Source of the DNA: a virus
Taxonomy: Duplodnaviria; Caudoviricetes
Reading direction: 5' to 3' (one strand)
DNA: 42,041 nt
IMG/VR virus record: IMGVR_UViG_3300027790_000536
Location: 1 to 42,041 of that record
Shown here: one piece after another, positions 17,077 through 25,868 of the stretch
Numbering within the stretch: the stretch's first letter is position 1
Layout of the letters: each line of letters begins with the position of its first letter
Made by a program: the position numbers and the translations under genes
The notes under the pieces: generated by a model
Databases searched by the model: none
Seen by the model: only the letters and a program-made list of their open reading frames with translations
Told to the model about the DNA's origin: nothing

Positions 17077-18650
17077 TGGCCCGCCCCCAGCTGCTCGACG
17101 CCTATGGGCGCCCGATCGAGATCACGAAGCTGAAGACCGAGCAGGCGACGTCGGAGGCGCTGGCCGTCCGCCGGCCGGACGCCTTGCATCCGGCCTCGGG
17201 CCTGACGCCGGTGCGCCTGGCGAACATCCTGCGCGACTCGATCGAGGGCGATCCGGAGAACTATCTGGCGCTTGCTGAGGACATGGAGGAGCGCAACGAG
17301 CACTACGCCGGCGTGCTCGGGATCCGCAAACGGCAGGTGGCCGGCCTCGAGGTCACCGTCGAGGCGTCCGGCGACGACGCCCGCTCGGTCGAGCAGGCCG
17401 ACCTGGTGCGCGAGATGCTGACGCGAGACGGATTCGAGGAAGAGCTGATCGATATCCTCGACGCGATCGGCAAGGGATTTTCCGGCACCGAGATCATCTG
17501 GGACACATCGGAGGGCGACTGGCGGATCAGCCGGTTGGAATGGAAGGATCCGCGCAACTTCCGCTTCTCCAACGACGACGGCGTCACGCCGCTCCTGCGC
17601 GCACTCGGCGGCGAAGAGAGGCTCAACCCCTTCCAGTGGATCTGGCACCAGGGGAAAATGAAATCCGGCCTGCCTATCCGGGGCGGGCTGGCGCGCGGCG
17701 CCGCGTGGAGCTTCTTCTTCAAGTCGTTCACGCTGAAGGACTGGGCGATCTTCTGCGAGGCCTACGGCCAGCCGCTGCGGCTCGGCAAGTTCCACCCCGG
17801 CGCGACCGAGAAGGACAAGGCGACGCTGATGCGGGCGGTCGCAAGCATCGGATCCGACTTCGCCGCTGTCGTGCCCGAGTCCATGGCGATCGAATTTGTC
17901 CAGGCGCAAATCTCCGGCAATCACGAACTCTACGAGAAGCGCGCCGACTGGCTCGACCGGCAGATCTCGAAGCTGGTGCTCGGCCAGACCGCGACGACGG
18001 ACGCGATCGCCGGCGGCCATGCCGTCGGCAAGGTTCACGACCAGGTGCGCGGCGACATCGAGGATGCCGACGCGCGGCAACTGCGCACCACGATCAAGCG
18101 CGACCTGGTGCGCCCGCTCATCGATCTCAATTACGGTCGCCAGGAGAATTATCCCGACATCAAGATCGGCCGGCCGGACGAAGTCGATGTCGAGATGCTC
18201 GTCTCGAACGTCGCCAAACTGGTGCCGCTCGGCCTGAAGGTCGGCATGGCGACCATGCGCGACAAGATCGGCGTGCCGGATCCGGATCCCGACGAGGAAC
18301 TGCTTGGCGCTCCCGCGCCGACCCCGGCTGCGGATCCGTTGCCGGAGGTGGAGCCTGCATCCCGACCCGACGATCCCGATCCGGATCGCGCCGCGCTACA
18401 CGCCGCCCGCAACGACGATGCGATTTCGCAGAGCGTCGCCGATATCGCGAGCGAAGAATGGGAGCTGACCGCGCCGATCGTGCGCGGCCTCGAAGAGGAG
18501 CTGCGCGACGCGCGGACGATCGAGGAGGCGCGCGCGATCATCGATCGCCGACGCGAGACGATGGACGTCTCGCAGCTGACCGAACTGTTGGCGCGCCTCG
18601 CCTTTCGCGCGCGCCTCGCCGGCGAGGCGGACGAGGATCTCGGATCGTGA
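17076..18650 (+). CDS. portal protein (Mu gp29, DUF935)
   Basis: GLTP.RLA.IL, EDMEER, DAIGKGFS..EI.W, W..F.E.YGQPLRLGK, ISKLVLGQT. Confidence 0.93.
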   Translation: MARPQLLDAYGRPIEITKLKTEQATSEALAVRRPDALHPASGLTPVRLANILRDSIEGDPENYLALAEDMEERNEHYAGVLGIRKRQVAGLEVTVEASGDDARSVEQADLVREMLTRDGFEEELIDILDAIGKGFSGTEIIWDTSEGDWRISRLEWKDPRNFRFSNDDGVTPLLRALGGEERLNPFQWIWHQGKMKSGLPIRGGLARGAAWSFFFKSFTLKDWAIFCEAYGQPLRLGKFHPGATEKDKATLMRAVASIGSDFAAVVPESMAIEFVQAQISGNHELYEKRADWLDRQISKLVLGQTATTDAIAGGHAVGKVHDQVRGDIEDADARQLRTTIKRDLVRPLIDLNYGRQENYPDIKIGRPDEVDVEMLVSNVAKLVPLGLKVGMATMRDKIGVPDPDPDEELLGAPAPTPAADPLPEVEPASRPDDPDPDRAALHAARNDDAISQSVADIASEEWELTAPIVRGLEEELRDARTIEEARAIIDRRRETMDVSQLTELLARLAFRARLAGEADEDLGS

Positions 18651-19417
18651 CGGCGCGCTTCGTTCCGCTGCCGCCGCGCGAGGCGATCGCCGCGCTCCGC
18701 ACCCGCGGCGCCGACCTGCCGGAGAGCTTCGCCTGGCAGGAGTTCTACGCCGAAGATCACGCGGCGATGTTCACCGTCGCCAAATCGGCCGGCTACGACA
18801 TCCTCGACGACATCTATCAGGCGCTGCTCGCCGCCCTCGAGGACGGAAAGACCTTCGCGCAGTTCTCCCGGGAGCTGGAAGCGGTGCTTCGCGACAAGGG
18901 CTGGTGGGGCCGCAAACAGGCCGTCGATCCGGCGACCGGCGAGACCCGCGTGGTCCAGCTCGGCTCGCCGCGCCGACTGGAGACGATCTTCAACGTCAAC
19001 ATGCGGGTGTCCTACGCGGCCGGCCACTGGTCGCGGTTCCAGCGCCAGAAGGCGGACCGCCCGTTCCTGCGCTATGTGGCGATCCTGGACGAGCGCACGC
19101 GCGACAGCCACGCGAGCCTCCACAACCTCGTCCTGCCGGTCGACCACCCGTTCTGGACCCTCTATGCGCCGCCGAACGGATGGAACTGCCGCTGCACGCT
19201 GCAGAACCTGACACAGGCCGATATCGACCGGCTGCTTGCGGCGGGCGTTCCGCTGCGCTTCGAGCCGCCGGACATCACCTTTCGCGACTGGACCAACAAG
19301 CGCACCGGCGAGGTGCGTCGCGTGCCAGACGGGATCGATCCCGGCTGGGATTACAATCCGGGCGCCGCGGGACACCGCGTCACGGTCGAAAGGCTCGCCG
19401 ACAAAATCGGCCGCTGA
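18647..19417 (+). CDS. Mu gpF/gp30 minor head protein
   Basis: GTG start; FTVAK, RRLETIFNVN, D.RTR..H, PPNGWNCRC. Confidence 0.92.
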   Translation: MTARFVPLPPREAIAALRTRGADLPESFAWQEFYAEDHAAMFTVAKSAGYDILDDIYQALLAALEDGKTFAQFSRELEAVLRDKGWWGRKQAVDPATGETRVVQLGSPRRLETIFNVNMRVSYAAGHWSRFQRQKADRPFLRYVAILDERTRDSHASLHNLVLPVDHPFWTLYAPPNGWNCRCTLQNLTQADIDRLLAAGVPLRFEPPDITFRDWTNKRTGEVRRVPDGIDPGWDYNPGAAGHRVTVERLADKIGR

Positions 19418-19567
19418 GGCGCTTCGCCGGGCTCGGACGGCCCGAGATACCCGACACACCCGAGAATCGCGCCCAGCGGCTTCGAAAACCCTTCGAATTT
19501 GATCCTGATTTGAAGTGCTCTGCCGGTTTGGCGGCAATCGGCCGGCTGATCGACGGAAATGGCGCCC

Positions 19568-19617
19568 CCACACAGCGTTGTGGATATTTTGGCGAGGCGA
19601 CCAGGGCCAGTGTCGGC
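19568..19617 (+). promoter_or_regulatory. late promoter P-I: CCACACAGCGTTGTGGA plus CCAGTGTCGGC
   Basis: exact 17-bp match to 11394-11410; -10-like element at the same +39 offset. Confidence 0.8.
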
Positions 19618-19620
19618 GCC

Positions 19621-20721
19621 ATGATGACCGCGCTTCATTCCCAACGCAACACCCTTGCACCAGCCACCGTGCTTTGCGCGGCGATGCCGCTGCCGGAGGC
19701 TGGCGTGCCGGAATGGATCCACGTCCTGCCGGCCGGCACATTCACCGGAGCGGACGGTCGCGGGCCGTATCGCATCGAGGATGCGCAGAAGCTCGTGACC
19801 GACAGCCTGGCGGCGATGAACGGTGCGGGCGTGATCGACGAGAGCCACGCGACCGACTGGGCGGTGCCTCGCGGCGGCCCGGCGCCGGCGCGCGGCTGGA
19901 TCAAGGCGCTCGAAGCGCGTGACGACGGCATCTGGGCGAAGGTCGAATGGACCGAGTCCGGCAAGGCGCTGATGGCGGACCATGCCTATCGCCACATCTC
20001 GCCGGCCATCCGTCACACCAAGGACGGGAAGGTCATGGCGATCCTGCGCGCCTCGCTCGTCAACTCCCCCAACTTCCGCGGCCTGACCGCACTACACCAG
20101 GAGCAACAGATGAACGAACTCCTTGCGCAGCTGCTGGCTGCGCTGGGCCTGCCCGCCGATACGACGGCGGAAACGGCCATCGAACGCGTCACCGCGCTGC
20201 ATGCAGCCGAGGGCGAGGCTTCCACGTCGCTGCAGTCGGCGCTCGATCCGATCGCCAAGGCGGCGGGGATCAAGGAAGGCTCGGACGCGGCAACGGTCCT
20301 GGCCGGCGTCCAGAAGCTCTCCGAGGCGAAACCGGGCGACAGCGACGACACCGTCGTCACGGCGCTGCAGGCGGAGCTGAAAACCGTCACCGAGCAGCTG
20401 ACCTCGCTGCAGTCGGCCCAGGCGACCGACAAGGCCACCGCCTTCGTCGATGGCGCGATCAAGGCCGGCCGCGTCGGCGTGAAACCGCTGCGCGACCACT
20501 ATATCGCGCGCCACGCAAAGGATGCGGAGGCCGTCGAAAAGGAGATCAACTCCTTCCCGATCCTCGGCCCGTCCGGTGCGACGATCGAGCCGCCTTCGGA
20601 AAAGAAGGACGGCGAGGTGTCGCTCAACGCGGCCGAGAAGGAGGTCGCGACCGTGCTCGGCCTCGACCCGAAAACCTACGCCGAAACCCTGAAGGCTGAA
20701 CGCCAGGAGGCACGCGCATGA
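19621..20721 (+). CDS. Mu gpI prohead protease
   Basis: EWIHVLPAG.F.G.DGRGPY, IDESH, APARGWI, VEWT, YRHISP, SLVN.PN. Confidence 0.92.
   Translation: MMTALHSQRNTLAPATVLCAAMPLPEAGVPEWIHVLPAGTFTGADGRGPYRIEDAQKLVTDSLAAMNGAGVIDESHATDWAVPRGGPAPARGWIKALEARDDGIWAKVEWTESGKALMADHAYRHISPAIRHTKDGKVMAILRASLVNSPNFRGLTALHQEQQMNELLAQLLAALGLPADTTAETAIERVTALHAAEGEASTSLQSALDPIAKAAGIKEGSDAATVLAGVQKLSEAKPGDSDDTVVTALQAELKTVTEQLTSLQSAQATDKATAFVDGAIKAGRVGVKPLRDHYIARHAKDAEAVEKEINSFPILGPSGATIEPPSEKKDGEVSLNAAEKEVATVLGLDPKTYAETLKAERQEARA
20110..20721 (+). CDS. putative scaffolding protein Z from an in-frame internal start
   Basis: CAGGAG RBS then ATG 20110 (MNELLAQLLAALGLP) right after the protease domain, as in Mu I/Z. 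Confidence 0.65.
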   Translation: MNELLAQLLAALGLPADTTAETAIERVTALHAAEGEASTSLQSALDPIAKAAGIKEGSDAATVLAGVQKLSEAKPGDSDDTVVTALQAELKTVTEQLTSLQSAQATDKATAFVDGAIKAGRVGVKPLRDHYIARHAKDAEAVEKEINSFPILGPSGATIEPPSEKKDGEVSLNAAEKEVATVLGLDPKTYAETLKAERQEARA

Positions 20722-21584
20722 CTGCTCTGACCAAGGGCCGCAACACGCCGGAGGCCACCGGCGCCATCTACTCTTTCCCGCTGCTTGCTGCCGCAGTCGC
20801 GTTCGCCGGCGGCATCGCCGTGCTCGATGCGTCCGGCTGGTGCAAGCCGGGCGTGACCGCCACCGGCCTCGTCTGTGTCGGACGCTTCGAGGCAACCGTC
20901 GACAACACGGACGGCGGCAATGGCGCGCTGAACGTCGACGTGAAGTCCGGCGTCTTCCGCTTCGCCAACTCGACCTCGACCGACGAGATCACCAAGTCGG
21001 AGGTCGGCGACAATTGCTACATCGTCGATGACCAGACCGTCGCCAAGACGGACGGCACCGGGACGCGCTCGATCGCCGGCCGCATCATGCAGGTCGACGC
21101 GACCGGCGTCTGGGTCGAGATGGGCGTCGGCATCATGAATTCGCCTGGCGGCGCGCTGCTCGCGGCAAACAATTTCTCGGACATCGGCACCAAGGCGACG
21201 GCGCGCTCCAACCTCGGTGTGTACGAGAAGCTGGGCACGCCGGCGATCGTCGTCGGCGCCGAGGGCGGCAACGCGATCAACGTCGCCATCCAGCTGAAGG
21301 ATTCGGCGGGAGATGATCTCGCGGTGCGCGGATCCATCCTCGCCTACCTTTCCGACGACGCGAACGGCGACTCGATCGCCGCGACGGCGCCGGACGGCAA
21401 TGTCGCGATCGGCGCGGACGGGCTGCTGATCCCGGTCGTCGCCGACAAGTGCTTCCAGCTCGTCTCCGAGGACGACGGCGATATCGACATCGATATCGGC
21501 GAGTCCGGCGCGGACACCTGGTACCTCATCCTCGTCATGCCCGACGGCAAGCTCGTCGCGTCCGACGCAATCACCTTCGCCTGA
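20718..21584 (+). CDS. capsid decoration/cement-like protein with C-terminal extension
   Basis: N-terminal ~136 aa MTALT..RNTP...CYIVDDQTVAKT...GVWVE typical of the gene between I and T; about 150 extra residues. Confidence 0.7.
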   Translation: MTALTKGRNTPEATGAIYSFPLLAAAVAFAGGIAVLDASGWCKPGVTATGLVCVGRFEATVDNTDGGNGALNVDVKSGVFRFANSTSTDEITKSEVGDNCYIVDDQTVAKTDGTGTRSIAGRIMQVDATGVWVEMGVGIMNSPGGALLAANNFSDIGTKATARSNLGVYEKLGTPAIVVGAEGGNAINVAIQLKDSAGDDLAVRGSILAYLSDDANGDSIAATAPDGNVAIGADGLLIPVVADKCFQLVSEDDGDIDIDIGESGADTWYLILVMPDGKLVASDAITFA

Positions 21585-21596
21585 TAGGAGGCCTAT

Positions 21597-22490
21597 ATGC
21601 TCATCAACCGTCCCAACCTGGAAGCGCTGCGCGTCGGCTTCAAGACGACGTTCCAGGGCCGCCTCAACCAGGCGAAGCCGATGTGGCCGCGTGTCGCCAT
21701 GGAGGTCCCGTCGACCACCGGCAAGGAAGAATATGGCTGGCTCGGCAAGATCCCGAGCGTGCGCGAATGGCTCGGCCCGCGCCAGGTCCAGAACCTGATG
21801 GAGCATGACTATTCCATCAAGAACAAGGACTACGAGCTGACGATCGGTGTCGATCGTAACCACATCGAGGACGATACGCTCGGCATCTACACGCCGATCT
21901 TCCAGGAGTTCGGCGACTCGGTCGCCGCCTGGCCGGACGAGCTGGTCTGGGCGCTGCTGAAGCTCGGCTTCTCCACGGCCTGCTATGACGGCCAGTATTT
22001 CTTCGACACCGACCATCCCGTCATCGTCGACGAGAACACGACGAGCTCCGTCGCCAACACCGATGGCGGCGCCGGCACGCCCTGGTTCCTGCTCGACGCG
22101 TCGAAGGCGATCAAGCCGATCATCTGGCAAGTCCGCAAGCGCGGTCAGTTCATCGCGCTCGACAATCCCAACGACGAGAACGTCTTCCGCAACAAGACCT
22201 TCGAATATGGCTGGGACGGCCGCGGCAATGTCGGCTTCGGCCTGTGGCAGTTCGCCTGGGGCTCCAAGCAGACGCTTAACAAGGCGAACTACAAGGCCGC
22301 CCGCGAGACGATGATGGAATTCAAGGGCGACTATGGCCGCCCGCTCAACGTCCGCCCGAACCTGCTGGTCGTGCCGCCATCGCTTGAGGGCCAAGCTCTC
22401 GAAATCCTCAATGCCGAACGCGATGCCGCCGGCGCGACCAACGTCTACATGAAGACCGCCGAGCTGCTCGTCGTGCCGTGGCTGGCCTAA
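21597..22490 (+). CDS. major capsid protein gpT
   Basis: VPSTT..EEYGWLG..P..REW.G.R, CYDGQYFFDTDHPV, G.G.WQ.A, LVVPPSLE. Confidence 0.95.
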   Translation: MLINRPNLEALRVGFKTTFQGRLNQAKPMWPRVAMEVPSTTGKEEYGWLGKIPSVREWLGPRQVQNLMEHDYSIKNKDYELTIGVDRNHIEDDTLGIYTPIFQEFGDSVAAWPDELVWALLKLGFSTACYDGQYFFDTDHPVIVDENTTSSVANTDGGAGTPWFLLDASKAIKPIIWQVRKRGQFIALDNPNDENVFRNKTFEYGWDGRGNVGFGLWQFAWGSKQTLNKANYKAARETMMEFKGDYGRPLNVRPNLLVVPPSLEGQALEILNAERDAAGATNVYMKTAELLVVPWLA

Positions 22491-22625
22491 GGCCGGTCCC
22501 GTTTGCCCCGCCCTTAAGCGGCAAGCCGCTGGCGGGGACCCCGATCCTCCGGCCTCGCGCCGGAGGGTCTGCAGAAGCCGGCTCGAAGGCCATTTGAACC
22601 GGCTTTTCCAGACCCTCGAAGGAAG
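22491..22625 (+). ncRNA. candidate structured RNA downstream of gpT
   Basis: stems CCCCGCC/GGCGGGG, AGCGGC/GCCGCT, CCTCCGGC/GCCGGAGG, AAGCCGG/CCGGCTT, GAGGGTCTG/CAGACCCTC. Confidence 0.45.
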
Positions 22626-22633
22626 GAAGACAC

Positions 22634-23122
22634 ATGGAACCGGAAGCTCTCAGGAAGCTCGCCGAAGCTGTGGTGGCATTCATCGCGGCCCTCGACATCG
22701 CGGCGGAGGCGAAGACTGCGGCGGAGAAGAAGAAAACGGCAAAGGCCGTTGAGGAAGCGATGGCCGCTGTTAAGGCCGAGACCGCCGATGTCGAAACGGC
22801 GGCAAAAGCCGCCATGCAGGCCGTCGAAGCCGCAAAGGCCGAGGCCGGTCAGATCCTGTCGGATGCGAACGCCGAGGCAAGCCGCATCATCGAGGAGGCT
22901 GCCAAGCTCGCCGCCGAGAAGACTTCGGAGTCTATCGAGACCCGAGCGGCCGCGCCGGCCGACATGAAAGGCGGCGTGCGGATCCGCTCGAAGGTCGACG
23001 GCTTCCGCCGCGCCGGCATCTCGCATCCGAAAGACGCGACCGAGTATCCGGCCGGCAGGTTTTCGGCCGAGCAGATCGAGATCCTGAAGAGCGAGCCGAA
23101 CCTCGTCGTCGAGGATCTGTGA
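22634..23122 (+). CDS. HI1506-like (Mu gp35 position) protein with Ala/Glu/Lys-rich helical N-terminus
   Basis: C-terminal GFRRAGISH...F..EQ.E.LK.EPNLVV. Confidence 0.75.
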   Translation: MEPEALRKLAEAVVAFIAALDIAAEAKTAAEKKKTAKAVEEAMAAVKAETADVETAAKAAMQAVEAAKAEAGQILSDANAEASRIIEEAAKLAAEKTSESIETRAAAPADMKGGVRIRSKVDGFRRAGISHPKDATEYPAGRFSAEQIEILKSEPNLVVEDL

Positions 23123-23125
23123 CGG

Positions 23126-23312
23126 AATACCAGAGAGGGCGGTCCGGTACGGCTCGCAAGGCTCCCGGCACTCTTTGAGGACGGTACGACCGTAGGGGTT
23201 CAGCCCGCCGCCCGCACGCATACCAGGGGAAGCTGCGCCGCCCCGCCCGAGATCCAGTCGAGGACGTCCTCGATCGCGCAGCCAGCCGGGAGGGTTGCCC
23301 GGCGCCCTTCTT
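23126..23312 (+). ncRNA. candidate multi-branched structured RNA in the head/neck operon
   Basis: ~200-nt gap with several stems and a perfect 16-bp palindrome TCGAGGACGTCCTCGA (23258-23273). Confidence 0.5.
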
Positions 23313-23324
23313 ACCGAGGACCTC

Positions 23325-23759
23325 ATGACCTACGGGACGCAACAGGACCTGATCGACCGTTTCGGCGAGACCGAATTGATCCAGCTCACCGACAAGGTGA
23401 ACCGGCCGGCGACGACGATCGACACGACCATGGTCTCCAAGTGCCTTTCCGACGCCGAGGATCTAATCGATTCCTATGTCGGCAAGCTCTACGCGCTGCC
23501 GATCGCTTCGCCGCCCGACATTCTCACCCGTGTCACCTGCGAAATCGCCCGCTACTACCTGCACGGCCGCCGCACCGAAAAGGACGATCCCGTCACCCGC
23601 GACTATCTCGGCGCAATCGCCTGGCTGAAGGACGTCGCCAAGGGCCTCGTCCAGCTCGAGGCGGACGGCATCGCGGCGCCTCAGGCCGGCGACAGCGAGG
23701 TTCGTGTCGAAGCGCCCGATCGCGTCTTCACGCGCGACTCCATGAAAGGGTTCGGCTGA
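23325..23759 (+). CDS. Mu gp36 / DUF1320 head-tail connector
   Basis: Y.T.QDLIDRFGE.ELIQLTD, IDSY...Y.LP, IARYYL, AI.WL.DVA.G. Confidence 0.9.
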   Translation: MTYGTQQDLIDRFGETELIQLTDKVNRPATTIDTTMVSKCLSDAEDLIDSYVGKLYALPIASPPDILTRVTCEIARYYLHGRRTEKDDPVTRDYLGAIAWLKDVAKGLVQLEADGIAAPQAGDSEVRVEAPDRVFTRDSMKGFG

Positions 23760-24340
23760 TGGCGGACGCCGCTCAGATCGTCATCGACGACGCGGAGATC
23801 AACGCCGCGCTCGATCGCGTGGCCCGCGCCGGCGTCGACACCGCGCCGCTGATGCAGCGCATCGAGGGCATCATGCTGCGCGGCGTGCAGACCCGCTTCG
23901 AGACCGAGCGCGCGCCGGACGGCGCGCCTTGGCAGCGCCTGTCGCCGCGCACCGCCTCCAAGCGCATCGGCCGCGGCACGCGCGGCTACAACAACATCCT
24001 TCGCGTCAGCGGGCGGCTCTATTCGTCGATCTCGAGCGAGAGCGACGAGCGTTCGGCCGAGGTCGGCACCAATTTGCCTTATGCGGCGGCCCACCAGGAC
24101 GGCGCGACGATCACGCAATATGCGCAGTCGCGCACGATCCGCCTGCGCAAGGTAAAGGGTCGCGTCCAGTTCGCCCGCAAGGCGCACAAGCGCGCCACCG
24201 AAAAGCGCGTCACGATCGGCGAACGGACCATCACCATTCCGGCGAGGCCCTATCTCGGCTTTTCCGACGAGGATCGCGCGGAGATCCTGGCGGCGACCGA
24301 GAGCTATTTCGAGGAAGCGGCGGGAGGCGACGCGAAATGA
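23759..24340 (+). CDS. virion morphogenesis protein (Mu gpG-like)
   Basis: RFETE.APDG.PW..LS, IL..SGRL..SI, VGTN..YAA.HQ.G, IPARPYLG. Confidence 0.9.
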   Translation: MADAAQIVIDDAEINAALDRVARAGVDTAPLMQRIEGIMLRGVQTRFETERAPDGAPWQRLSPRTASKRIGRGTRGYNNILRVSGRLYSSISSESDERSAEVGTNLPYAAAHQDGATITQYAQSRTIRLRKVKGRVQFARKAHKRATEKRVTIGERTITIPARPYLGFSDEDRAEILAATESYFEEAAGGDAK

Positions 24341-24765
24341 GTGTTGTCAGTTCCGTGATCGCCCGTCTGAAGGAGACCGGATCGCCCTTCGCGCTTGTCG
24401 AGGGCGCCGTAGATCTCGCGGCCGTCGACACCCGCCCACCGGCGACGCCGGCCGCCTATGTGCTCGCCGCCGAAGAGGCGAGCGCGGAAAACACGCGCGC
24501 CACGGGACCGGTTCTGCAGCGCATGGAAGCCGACATCGCCGTCGTCATCATCACCGACAACCTGACCGACCGCGTCATGGGCGAGGCCGCAGGCGACATC
24601 GAGGACCTTAAGGCCTGGGTGCGCGGCAAGCTGATCGGCTTCGAACCGGACGGGGCCGACGAACCGATGGAGCATGTCTCCGGCCAGATCGTCAAAGCCA
24701 GGTCCGGCACGGTCTGGTTCGACGATCGCTTCGCCGCCTCAACCTATCTCGAGGAGCAATCCTGA
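24337..24765 (+). CDS. putative tail terminator (gp37-like)
   Basis: position before tail tube; PAAYV, L.G.EP motifs. Confidence 0.7.
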   Translation: MSVVSSVIARLKETGSPFALVEGAVDLAAVDTRPPATPAAYVLAAEEASAENTRATGPVLQRMEADIAVVIITDNLTDRVMGEAAGDIEDLKAWVRGKLIGFEPDGADEPMEHVSGQIVKARSGTVWFDDRFAASTYLEEQS

Positions 24766-24926
24766 TGGCTTACATCCCCAGAAAACCCGGCCGCTTCGTC
24801 CGAGAGACGGAAGGCGCCAGACCGCGCGAAGCGACGAAGGACGAGGCCGCCAAATCCCGCGGCACCGTCGTCGTAGCGCCGAAGCCCGCGCCCCACAAAA
24901 CCGACACCAAAGCGAAGGGTAAGTGA
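24765..24926 (+). CDS. 53-aa basic hypothetical protein
   Basis: GAGGAG RBS; TGATG coupling; MAYIPRKPGRFVRE...KAKGK; not in ORF track. Confidence 0.6.
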   Translation: MAYIPRKPGRFVRETEGARPREATKDEAAKSRGTVVVAPKPAPHKTDTKAKGK

Positions 24927-24928
24927 CC

Positions 24929-25858
24929 ATGGCCCGCAAACACCGCAAGCTCGCCATCCTCGCCAAGGTCGAGACCACTTACGGCACGGATTCGACGCCG
25001 ACCGGCGGCGCCAACGCCATGCTGATGACGGACGTGCAGATCCAGCCGCTTGCCGGCGAGGAAGCGCGTCGCGATCTCCTTCTGCCGTATCTCGGTCACC
25101 AGGGCGTGGAGCTGACCGGCGACTATGTCTCGATCGAGGGCTCGATCGAGATCGCCGGAGCGGGCGCCGCTGGCGACGTGCCAGCCTATGGTGCGCTGCT
25201 TCGCGGCTGCGGCCTGGCCGAGACGGTCAACGCCGGCACGTCCGTCGTCTACGAGCCGGTCTCGGCAGGCGAAGAAGCGGTCTCGATCTACTTCTACCAG
25301 GACGGCGTCCGCCACATCGCGCTCGGCGCCCGGGGCAATGTGACGATGAGCTTCGTGCCCAAGCAGATCCCGCGCTACCGCTTTTCGATGATGGGGCTTC
25401 TCGGAACGATTTCCGACACGGCGCTGCCGACCGCCGACGTATCCGGCTTCGTGCGGCCGCTGCCGGTCTCGAAGGCGAAGACGACGCTGGGACTGCATGG
25501 CGTTTCCGCGCTGATCGCCGAGAGCGTGTCGATCGACCTCGGCAATGCCGTTGTAATGCGTCACCTGATCGGCTCGGAATCGGCCGAGATGACCGACCGG
25601 CAGTCGACCGGCACGGCTGTCCTGGAGGCGCCGTTGCTTGCCGCCAAGAACTGGTTTGCCGCCGCACAGGCGCGCACCCGCGACGCGCTGGAGCTGGTCC
25701 ATGGCGGTACCGCCGGCAACATCGTCCAGATCGATGCGCCGAAGGTCGAGGTCGGCCGGCCGACGCAGGGCCAGACGCAGGGCATCGTCAACTACTCGCT
25801 GCCGCTGATGCTCACGCCAGACAGCGGCGACGACGAAATCTCCATCACCGTGAAATGA
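24929..25858 (+). CDS. major tail tube protein
   Basis: ILAKVETTYGTD..PT, LL.GCGLAE, GARGNV, GNIV.I.AP; ends DEISITVK. Confidence 0.85.
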   Translation: MARKHRKLAILAKVETTYGTDSTPTGGANAMLMTDVQIQPLAGEEARRDLLLPYLGHQGVELTGDYVSIEGSIEIAGAGAAGDVPAYGALLRGCGLAETVNAGTSVVYEPVSAGEEAVSIYFYQDGVRHIALGARGNVTMSFVPKQIPRYRFSMMGLLGTISDTALPTADVSGFVRPLPVSKAKTTLGLHGVSALIAESVSIDLGNAVVMRHLIGSESAEMTDRQSTGTAVLEAPLLAAKNWFAAAQARTRDALELVHGGTAGNIVQIDAPKVEVGRPTQGQTQGIVNYSLPLMLTPDSGDDEISITVK

Positions 25859-25868
25859 GGCCTGATCG

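Noticed and set aside
18270-18390. GATCC-rich short repeats in the portal gene
   Set aside because: Explained by a Pro/Asp low-complexity linker (PDPDPD).
17540-18646. Long N-terminal extensions in the ORF track for gpF (625 aa) and protease (605 aa, from 18904)
   Set aside because: They overlap upstream genes; family similarity begins at GTG 18647 and ATG 19621.
23759-24340. gpG placed after gp36 rather than after gpF
   Set aside because: Differs from Mu but is, to my knowledge, a common arrangement in Mu-like siphoviruses.
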